A stretch of DNA of 15,557 bases from the NCBI RefSeq assembly GCF_006345805.1, contig NW_021825471.1, positions 1 through 15,557 of the forward strand, written 5' to 3'. The number at the start of each line of letters is the position of its first letter. Positions within the stretch are counted from its first letter, which is position 1. Shown in pieces: positions 1-8,392 of this stretch. Source of the stretch: Octopus sinensis (taxonomy: Eukaryota). Below the pieces are notes generated by a model, which saw nothing but the letters and a program-made list of their open reading frames with translations, did not search any database and had not been told where the DNA came from. A program made the translations under genes and the position numbers.

Positions 1-72
1 GTTACGAACCACATGGTTCCGGGTTCAGTCCCACTACAGTCAAACGACTGAAACAAGTAAAAGAGTAAAAGA
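1..72 (+). mobile_element. tRNA-derived SINE (family 1), internally deleted: head fused to tail
   Basis: aaccacatggttccgggttcagtcccact matches the heads at 2117 and 13679 and runs directly into cagtcaaacgactgaaacaagtaaaagagtaaaagag, the family tail; cut by the window edge. Confidence 0.8.
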
Positions 73-264
73 GTATGTATTAAGTCTATAAAATTATGCA
101 TAAAGTATATACAGTGTATTAAGTAATCATCAGGTTGCAATTTCTTTCTCTTTTCAATGAGTAACAGATGAGCGACCATCTTTCCATACAGACACAATAC
201 AGGCTGCGCTTTCAGGATTTTGGATAAAATTTTCAGAAATAACCCAATAGGTTAACTATTAATT

Positions 265-291
265 CCGTGAAACAGTCACGGGTCCCGCTAG
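265..291 (+). mobile_element. Helitron-like 3' terminus
   Basis: hairpin ccgtga-aacag-tcacgg (265-281), 6-nt spacer, CTAG (288-291), then T; 5' TC end not located. Confidence 0.5.
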
Positions 292-346
292 TATATATCA
301 ATATCATAATTATATCATGTCGTTCGCTATATGGAAAGAAAAGCAA

Positions 347-418
347 GATTCCAGTGAGTTTCAATCTCATGACCTCCTGCGTGCGAAGAAAATGTGATGG
401 CCACTACACCATGGAACC
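347..418 (-). pseudogene. tRNA-Val(TAC)-derived pseudogene, anticodon now CGC
   Basis: minus strand GGTTCCATGGTGTAGTGGCCATCACATTTTCTTCGCACGCAGGAGGTCATGAGATTGAAACTCACTGGAATC is colinear with metazoan tRNA-Val(TAC); acceptor stem GGTTCCA/TGGAATC and D stem GTG/CAC pair; anticodon stem is poor; T loop ATTGAAA breaks the B box; T4 run just downstream. Confidence 0.8.
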
Positions 419-504
419 TGTCTCATGCAGAGCGTGAAGTTCTAAGTCCTCCCATAAATAATGCGGGTTTTTTTAAACTTATATTTTTCAAAATTAATAT
501 ACTC

Positions 505-755
505 AAACAATTGCAGCGTGGAAGGTGTTTATAAGCCCTTTAAGAAACACACAAAAACCGTTAGATTCACTTCAACATTTAAATTTAATTTGCCAAAATA
601 TTTTCGTCGCTTTGAGGCCGCGACCTGTTCACTGACAAAATTCCGTGCAGCGACGAAAATATTTTGGCAAATTAAATTTAAATGTTGAAGTGAATCTAAC
701 GTTTTTTGTGTGTTTCTTAAATGGCTTATAAACACCTTCCACGCTGCAATTGTTT
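505..755. repeat. Near-perfect inverted repeat (foldback/MITE-like)
   Basis: 107-bp arms 505-611 and 649-755 with 2 mismatches and no indels; 37-bp spacer. Confidence 0.95.
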
Positions 756-944
756 TCGTTCCAGCACACGATCTCAGATCAGGTCACTTGCTATGCAAGT
801 ACATCTCCGTAATTTAATCAAAGTCTTTTTTTTTAATCTAAAATATACTCTCCTTCATTTACTGCAATGCTCTTCCACCTACCTGGTAGACTTGCAAGGT
901 TTCTCTTCCAAAGTTTACTTATCCGTGACGAAAAACAGTGATAT

Positions 945-999
945 CCACAAACCAAGTTTTGGCTTTTGGGTATTTAAACCCTGAGCCTCGTCAGTGTGG
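945..999 (-). ncRNA. Type I hammerhead-like motif A (G12 mutated)
   Basis: CCACA-CTGACGA-GGC...GCC-AAAAC-TTG-GTT-TGTGG; stem I 5 bp perfect; stem II extended by GGGT/ACCC; GAAA reads AAAA. Confidence 0.65.
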
Positions 1000-1206
1000 C
1001 CTACCCGGTGATAATCCATAACTGTCAAGTTATATGTATATAAATATATATACGTATAATAATGGATTACCACTAAGTGGACATCCAATATGCTAGAAGA
1101 AGATCCCCTACGATCTAACCGCAAAGAAGAGAATGTTCTCTAGAGAAATTCAGCAAATACCAGAACATAAGTAAGACAGATGAAAATATACAAAAATAAA
1201 GAATTA

Positions 1207-1274
1207 ATCGTAGACCGTTTTCGTCATTAACAAATTTACTTACATAGCATCGTCCGTGGACTCTTCAGTACGAT
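1207..1274 (-). ncRNA. Type I minimal hammerhead-like motif B
   Basis: ATCGTA-CTGAAGA-GTC...GAC-GAAA-ACGG-TC-TACGAT; stem I 6 bp perfect; long loop II; GTC triplet. Confidence 0.6.
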
Positions 1275-1470
1275 CGTTCCAATTCAATATAATTTGTAGA
1301 ACTATATACGGGTTGTCCTCATAAAATTAGACATGTGTATAGTTCTACCGATTACATTGGGGTTATTTTCAAATGCATAAGTTCTGGCGCGCTAAATTCC
1401 GGAAACAGTTCCGCAGTAGATAATTCACTGCAGTTAATGTTGCCGATTAGAGAACATAATTATTTAAATT

Positions 1471-1471
1471 T

Positions 1472-1514
<43 letters not shown>

Positions 1515-1533
1515 TGTGTGTGTGTGTGTGTGT
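1471..1533. repeat. (TA)n/(TG)n microsatellite
   Basis: direct reading. Confidence 0.95.
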
Positions 1534-1534
1534 A

Positions 1535-1866
1535 GGCGCAGGAGGGGCTTGTGGTAAGTAGCTTCCTTACCGCTACTGCGTGGCACCTTGGGCAAGTGTC
1601 TTCTACTAATAGCCTCGGGCCGACCAAAGCCTTGTGAGTGGATTTGGTAGACGGAAACTGAAAGAAGCGTCTGTGTTTGTCCCCCACAACATAGCTTAAC
1701 ATCCAATGCTGGTGTGTTTACGTCCGCGTGACTTAGCGGTTCGGCTTAGACTGATAGGATAAGTAAAAGGCTTACAAAAAAAATAAGTCCTGGGGTCGAT
1801 TAGCTCGACTAAAATCGGTGCTCCTGCATGACCGCAGTTAAATGATTGAAACAAGTAAAAGAGTAA
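1535..1866 (+). mobile_element. SINE family 1 copy lacking the B-box segment and internal microsatellite
   Basis: ggcgcaggag head, ccttgggcaagtgtcttc CORE-like box, body, and gaaacaagtaaaagag tail. Confidence 0.9.
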
Positions 1867-1964
1867 CAGAACATATATATATATGAAATATGTTACAATT
1901 ATTCAATAGTCAAGATAAAACTCTGAGTTTCGGGTGCCGAAGTGGAAATCCACAACACCATCTC

Positions 1965-1966
<2 letters not shown>

Positions 1967-2036
<70 letters not shown>

Positions 2037-2047
2037 CATTATTATTA

Positions 2048-2091
<44 letters not shown>
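1967..2091. repeat. (TTA)n microsatellite
   Basis: direct reading. Confidence 0.98.
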
Positions 2092-2116
2092 GATAAAGCA
2101 GCGAAATGTCAACATA

Positions 2117-2523
2117 GGCGCAGGAGTGGCTGTGTGGTAAGTAGCTTGCTAACCAGCCACATGGTTCCGGGTTCAGTCCCACTGCGTGGCATCTTCTGCT
2201 ATAGCCCCGGGCCGACCAATGCCTTGTGAGTGGATTTAGTAGACGGAAACTGAAAGAAGCCTGTCGTATATATGTATATATATATATAAGTGTGTGTGTA
2301 TATGTGTGTGTGTCTGTGTTTGTCCCCCTAGCATTGCTTGACAACCGATGCTGGTGTTTTTACGTCCCCGTCACTTAGCGGTTCGGCAAAAGAGACCGAT
2401 AGAATAAGTACTCGGCTTACAAAGAATAAGCCCTGGGGGTCGATTTGCTCGATTAAAGGCGGTGCTCCAGCATGGCCGCAGTCAAATGACTGAAACAAGT
2501 AAAAGAGTAAAAGAGTAAAAGAG
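2117..2523 (+). mobile_element. SINE family 1, near full length (tRNA head, CORE-like domain, internal TA/TG microsatellite, (TAAAAGAG)n tail)
   Basis: A-box-like tggctgtgtgg and B-box-like ggttcagtcc; highly similar to 13679-14083; 13-nt deletion in the CORE box at a ctt microhomology. Confidence 0.95.
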
Positions 2524-2548
2524 AGAGAGACAGACAGACAGATAGACT

Positions 2549-2646
<98 letters not shown>
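2523..2646. repeat. (GA)n-(GACA)n-(GATA)n microsatellite seeded at a SINE tail
   Basis: direct reading. Confidence 0.97.
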
Positions 2647-2647
<1 letters not shown>

Positions 2648-2719
2648 TTCTGTGTGTTTGTGTAAGTAAGCATGTATTTATACTTACATACATTTATTTA
2701 CATGAAACAATGTTGTTGA

Positions 2720-2762
2720 CAGTGACTATGAAGTTTCGGCCAGCGATCCCATCGTCGAGTGC
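2720..2762 (-). ncRNA. Degenerate hammerhead-like motif C
   Basis: TCGACGA-TGGGATCGCTGGCC-GAAAC-TTCATA-GTC-ACTG; homologous to motif D; core and stems damaged. Confidence 0.45.
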
Positions 2763-3052
2763 GGTGCATTAAGGCTTTGTCTCACCTTTGTATTGTCTCC
2801 ATTAAGTTAAAATAATTTTCGGCTGTGTGGATTTTGAGTAGGATGGTGATTAGGTTTTTATGGTTGGTTGTTATGGAAAGGTGTTTTGGAAAATTTTTTA
2901 TTGATAATAATCGATAAAATTACTTTTCAAAGCACCTTTTCATAACAACCGACTTCAAAAACCTAATTACCACTCCACTCAGACCCACATACCCAAAGAT
3001 GATTTCAACTTAACAGAGACTGTATAAAAGCCAGACCAACTCCAATGCACCG

Positions 3053-3095
3053 CAGTCCGACGATGGCCTAGTGGGTCGATACTTCGAAGTCACTG
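3053..3095 (+). ncRNA. Degenerate type I hammerhead-like motif D
   Basis: CAGT-CCGACGA-T-GGCC-TAGTG-GGTC-GAT-ACTTCGAAGT-C-ACTG; stem I CAGT/ACTG; palindromic stem III; two core substitutions. Confidence 0.6.
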
Positions 3096-3156
3096 TCAAT
3101 AATATTCTTGTTATAAAAATAATAAATTTGTACTCGACTAAAGTATAGAGTGCACA

Positions 3157-3275
3157 TATTCTTTGTAAGCCTTGTACTTATTCTATCGGTTTCTTTTGCC
3201 GAACCGCCAAGTTACGGGCAAGTAAACACACCAGCATCGATTTACAAGCGATGGTGGAGGGACAAAGAGAGACAA
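3157..3275 (-). mobile_element. SINE family 1 body (3' part of a split copy)
   Basis: reverse complement of gatgctggtgtgtttac...cggttcggcaaaaga...ggcttacaaagaata. Confidence 0.85.
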
Positions 3276-3279
3276 CAAA

Positions 3280-3353
3280 TATATATATATCTATATATAT
3301 ATATATATTTATATATCTATATATATATATCTATATATATATATATATGTATG

Positions 3354-3385
<32 letters not shown>

Positions 3386-3425
3386 TGTATGTATGTATGT
3401 ATATATGCATGTATATATATATATA
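3280..3425. repeat. (TA)n/(TATG)n microsatellite
   Basis: direct reading. Confidence 0.95.
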
Positions 3426-3429
3426 TCTC

Positions 3430-3955
3430 TCTCACTCCTCCTCATCTCTCTCTCAGCCGGCCAAATACTTCCTTTTGCATGCGGCCTTCTAACTGTAAAC
3501 ACACGGTTTTCTTGCGCTCCTTGAATCTCTCCTCGTCTAGGCAAAAAAAGGCCCTTTTTGGTTGTTTTCTTGTGTGTTTTAATTTCTTGTATTGTATTTT
3601 TTTTGTAATTGTATTTTTATTTTGTATTTATTTTGTATTTTTATTTGTAATTTTATTTGTATCGTTTTTTACGTCCTGTTTGTGTCACATTTTTGTTCTT
3701 TCCTTGTTTTTAACCCCTCTGCGAAGTAATTTCTTTTAATTTCTTCGCAGGAAAGGCTAGTTCGACGAGTCGTGTTCTGTCCTCACCTTCGAAACACGCT
3801 GGTGTTTAACGAGGGACAAGCTGATGAAGGGGATTTTTTCTTGTGTATTTTGTCTAGTACTTTTGTCCTTTGTAAAAATAGTTCGTTCCCATGCTTATTT
3901 TTACGTTTTCGTTCTCGTTGAGTTCTGCGTCTATTTGTGGTGTCCTGTCCTCACG
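3430..3955 (+). mobile_element. Pyrimidine/T-rich element with hammerhead core parts (PLE/retrozyme-like), nested in a SINE microsatellite
   Basis: CGAAACAC at 3790-3797 and CTGATGAAGGGG at 3821-3832; 18-bp direct repeat at 3769-3786 and 3937-3954; flanked by TA-type microsatellites. Confidence 0.45.
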
Positions 3956-4124
3956 TGTATATATTTATATATGCATGATATATACATGTATGTAGGTACG
4001 TACATATATGTATGTAGTTATGCATATATTTTATTTATTACACTATTGTATGACTGAGCGCCTTCGCGTCGATTCGATTCGATTCGTTCCATTTCGTTTC
4101 GTTTCTTCTTCTCCCAGTACAGTT

Positions 4125-4140
4125 TATAATATATAATATA

Positions 4141-4185
<45 letters not shown>

Positions 4186-4215
4186 TATATATATATATGT
4201 ATTATGTATATATAT
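4125..4215. repeat. (TA)n microsatellite
   Basis: direct reading. Confidence 0.95.
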
Positions 4216-4378
4216 ACGACAGTCTTCTTTCAGTTTCCGCCTACCGAATCCGCTCCGAGACTTTGGTCGGCCCAAGGATATAGTTGAAGACATTCGCCCA
4301 AGGTTCCACGCAGTGGGACTCAACCCGGAACCATATGGTTGGGAAGCAAGCTCCTTACCACTCAGCCACTCCTGCACC
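4216..4378 (-). mobile_element. SINE family 1 head plus CORE (5' part of a split copy)
   Basis: reverse complement begins ggtgcaggagtggctgagtggtaagg and ends gaaactgaaagaagactgtcgt. Confidence 0.9.
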
Positions 4379-4431
4379 TATATATGTGTGTGTGTGTATA
4401 TTTGGGGGTGCTTGACTGGCTATCTGTTGGA

Positions 4432-4564
4432 CATCCCCATCGTTTTACAAACAATGCTGGTTTGTTACGTCCTTGTTAGCTAGCGGTTCGACAAAAGAGA
4501 CTGAGATTTTTAAATGAGTACTTAGTTCGATTTCTTTGACTAAACCCTTCAAGGCCGTGCTCCA
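4432..4564 (+). mobile_element. Diverged SINE family 1 body fragment
   Basis: aatgctggtttgttacgtcc...tagcggttcgacaaaagaga...cttcaaggccgtgctcca. Confidence 0.7.
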
Positions 4565-4594
4565 GAGGAGAGGAATGTCGACTACATTGGCCTC

Positions 4595-5490
<896 letters not shown>

Positions 5491-5504
5491 TGATAATAAT
5501 GATG

Positions 5505-5552
<48 letters not shown>

Positions 5553-5560
5553 TAATAATA
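5491..5560. repeat. (AAT)n microsatellite
   Basis: direct reading. Confidence 0.95.
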
Positions 5561-5564
5561 GTTG

Positions 5565-5763
5565 TTTCTTATCTTGGCACAGGGAAGGAAAATTCGGGGT
5601 AGGGGTAAATTGACCACATCGATCCCGGCTACTTATTTTATCGACTCCAATAGGATGAAAGGCAAAGCCGATCTCGGTGACGTTTGAACTCAGAATGTAA
5701 AGACGGATGAAAGGCTACTAAGCATTTTGTCCGGCGTGTGAACGCTTTCTGCCACCTCACGAT
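5565..5763 (-). mobile_element. SINE family 2, near full length
   Basis: reverse complement has head gaggtggcagaaagcgttcacacgccggac, B-box-like gagttcaaacg, body tttgcctttcatcc...gtcgataaaataagta, and end gtgccaagataagaaa. Confidence 0.8.
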
Positions 5764-5780
5764 TAATGATAAAGATAACG

Positions 5781-5831
<51 letters not shown>
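5781..5831. repeat. (AAT)n microsatellite
   Basis: direct reading. Confidence 0.95.
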
Positions 5832-6032
5832 GGGTGTTTCGTTCAACATCCTTAAACAACCCTTGTTAAGACCCTTTTGAGCGGGATGAGTTACTCGACC
5901 AGAAGAAAATTCTAACTGGGCTCCACCTGCAAGGTCGTGTGCCCTTATCAGACGGGTAGTCATGATGGGTATACTGGGCTTCGTATATTTTACCCCAGTG
6001 TCACTTTGATGGCATGCACTGCTCTCTCACTC
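5832..6032 (+). mobile_element. ~200-bp interspersed element with (AAT)n tail (SINE or LINE 3' end)
   Basis: complex sequence bounded sharply by (AAT)n on both sides, ending ctctctcactc-aataataa; orientation inferred from the tail. Confidence 0.5.
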
Positions 6033-6084
6033 AATAATAATAATAATAATAATAATAAATAATAATAATAATAATAATAATAAT
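6033..6084. repeat. (AAT)n microsatellite
   Basis: direct reading. Confidence 0.95.
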
Positions 6085-6099
6085 AGGTGTAGAATCAGC

Positions 6100-6108
6100 A
6101 ACAACAGT

Positions 6109-6146
<38 letters not shown>

Positions 6147-6148
6147 TA

Positions 6149-6192
<44 letters not shown>

Positions 6193-6213
6193 ATGGTGGT
6201 GGTGGTGGTGGTG

Positions 6214-6252
<39 letters not shown>
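6100..6252. repeat. Compound (CAG)n(TAG)n(TGG)n(TAG)n microsatellite
   Basis: direct reading. Confidence 0.95.
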
Positions 6253-6253
<1 letters not shown>

Positions 6254-6289
6254 AGGTTGTACTAGTTAAAAGGGAAGCAAATAAAGGAA

Positions 6290-6296
6290 GAAATAG

Positions 6297-6335
<39 letters not shown>

Positions 6336-6445
6336 AAAAAGAAAGAAAGAAAGAATGAAGAAAATAAAGGAAGAAATAGATAAAGAAAGAAAGAAAGAAA
6401 GAAAGAAAAAAGAAAAAAGAAAGAAAGAAAGAAAGAAAGAATGAA
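6290..6445. repeat. (AAAG)n microsatellite
   Basis: direct reading. Confidence 0.95.
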
Positions 6446-6589
6446 GAAAAGAAAGGAAGATGTGGCAGAAGAAGTGGAAGGGAAAGGGGAGACGACAACA
6501 ACCACAAGATTAAATGAAAAGAACTGAAGATTGAAGGAAAACAGAAATGAATAAAAGAGGAAAAAAACTACTGCGACAACCAACATAAG

Positions 6590-6685
6590 CCACTACTAAT
6601 ACTAGTACTACCACTACTAATCCTACTACTATTACTACTACAACTACTACTACTTCTAGTAGTAGTAGTAGTAGTGGTATTACTA
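6590..6685. repeat. (ACT)n abutting inverted (AGT)n
   Basis: actactactacttct|agtagtagtagtagt centred at 6657/6658. Confidence 0.85.
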
Positions 6686-7021
6686 TCACAAAATGATTAA
6701 AAGAAAATGGTGGACAACCGTTGTGTAATAAAACAAAATGTGAACATTGACAACAACAACGAGAACAACAGCTCATACAACCACAACAACAAATACAACA
6801 ACGCCAACCATAACAATAACAACAACAAAAGCTATATGAAGACAAGAAATCCGAATTAGAAGAAAGGGATAACAAAGAACAGACAAAAAAAATGGGTAGC
6901 TTTTAATTTTTATATTAATATGATTTATTGTAAATAACCAACGGAAAGGGGAAAAGAAAGGGAGAACGAAATAAAGAAAGCAAGAAAGAAAGAAAAAAGA
7001 AAGAAAGGCAGAAAGGGTTCC

Positions 7022-7133
7022 CTTATTATTATTGCTATTATTATTGTGGTTATATTATTATTATTATTATTATTATTTTATTACTGTTATCATTATTATT
7101 AGTTTACTATTATTATTATTATTATTATTATTA

Positions 7134-7166
<33 letters not shown>

Positions 7167-7167
7167 G

Positions 7168-7205
<38 letters not shown>
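7022..7205. repeat. (TTA)n microsatellite
   Basis: direct reading. Confidence 0.95.
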
Positions 7206-7207
<2 letters not shown>

Positions 7208-7611
7208 TTGCGTAATGGACTCTACATTTTTGATCACGAGTGAATGGAAGTTTATAAATATGGCTAAAGTCATTGAAAGTCATTGAACAGCTTGAAAGGA
7301 GTGTTGTACGGTTGGTGGAGTGAAAGCGTTCGAATAACTGGAAATTATGATCCGTAAAAATACTGAATGTTCTCGAGTGGAAGTCATAAAATTTCTTGGA
7401 TCGAAGCTCGATCAGAGATTTTGACGGGACGGGACAGGGCGTGGGGGGCGGAGCGGGGCCTTTTGCAGTGGGGAGGGAGAGAGTGTTTTAGGATGGCGTG
7501 TGAAAAGGTGGAGGTTGGTGGAAAACTGGGAAGACGGTGGTCCGTGTTGCAGTCATTTTTCAGGGTGATGAGTGTTTAAGGCGGTGTGCTGTTGCAGACT
7601 GGTTTAATTTA

Positions 7612-7774
7612 GTGAGAGGCTTGCTTCCCAAACATATGGTCTCGGGTTCAGTCCCACTACATGGCACTTTGGGCAAGTGTCTTCTACTATAGTCCCGTGA
7701 CCCGAAACTGAAAGAAGCCTGGCGTATATGTGTGTGTGTGTGTGTGTATGTGTGTGGTTGCGTGTGCGTATATG

Positions 7775-7823
<49 letters not shown>

Positions 7824-7950
7824 ACACACGTCCTCCTAGCGTAACGCTTTGGGACAAGAAAAATGTTAGTACTGGAGGTGGTGGGGCGATTTATTGGACA
7901 AAACTCTTCAAGGCGGTGCCCCAGTATGGCCGCAGCTCAAAAGACCTGAG
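7612..7950 (+). mobile_element. Degraded SINE family 1 with deletions
   Basis: gggttcagtcccactac, tttgggcaagtgtcttctactatag, gaaactgaaagaagcc, TG/TA tract, cttcaaggcggtgccccagtatggccgcag. Confidence 0.85.
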
Positions 7951-8044
7951 ATCGTGATTGACGACAGAGGTGTGATGCACACTAGAGTGTTTGAGACGGC
8001 GCGCTGTTACAAGAATGAGTCTCAGGGCAGAGGGTAACAAATTC

Positions 8045-8392
8045 GGGGCATGGCTTAGTGGTCAGAGCGTCGGGCTCACAATAATGATGTAATGAGTTCA
8101 ATTCCTAGATCGGGCTGTGTTGCATTCTTGAGCAAGATACTTTATTTCACGTTGCTCCAGTTCCCTTAGCTGTTGAAAGGATTTGTGATGTCACTGGTAC
8201 CATGTTGTGATGTCACCGTATCGGCCCCTTTTCCTTTCCCTTGGATAACATCAGTGGTGTGTAGAGGGGAGACTGGTATGCATGGGTGACTGTTGGTCTT
8301 CCATAAACAACCTTGCCCAGACTTGTGCCTTGGAGTGGAACTTTCTAGGCCAAATTCCATGGTCTTTCATGACCAAAGGGAGTCCTTTTTTT
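8045..8392 (+). mobile_element. SINE family 3 (tRNA-derived, CORE-like)
   Basis: A box tggcttagtgg, B box gagttcaattcc, ttcttgagcaagatacttt CORE-like box, 3' stem-loop tggtc-tttcat-gacca, T-run end. Confidence 0.75.

Larger units (their letters stand above)
2708..3105. mobile_element. ~400-bp imperfect palindrome; probable inverted duplication of a Penelope-like terminal repeat
   Basis: arms of ~195 bp align along their length at roughly 70-75% identity by hand; centre near 2905; HHR-like motif at each outer end; TATAAAAG at 3023-3030. Confidence 0.75.

Noticed and set aside
127-133. CTGATGA on the minus strand as a hammerhead core
   Set aside because: No helix II or GAAA follows; lone CTGAAGA hits near 5110, 6524, 10479 and 10549 fail the same way
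747-758. Shared caattgttt(t)cg between the 505-755 hairpin and the 11924-11982 hairpin
   Set aside because: About 11 AT-rich bases including a palindrome, with no further similarity
1305-1325. Tc1/mariner-like TIR (TA-tacgggttgtcctcataaa)
   Set aside because: No matching second TIR or transposase sequence in the window
2708-3105. ADAR-editing or RNA-structure signature (excess G-U mismatches) in the palindrome
   Set aside because: Hand count gave about 19 G-T versus 13 A-C type mismatches, which is not a convincing asymmetry
3470-3550. Minus-strand CTAGACGA...GAAAAC hammerhead candidate
   Set aside because: Insertion in the core, no helix II, and the helix I partner is about 19 nt out of register
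4078-4105. (GATTC)3 and (TTTCG)n pentamers
   Set aside because: Too short; ordinary slippage
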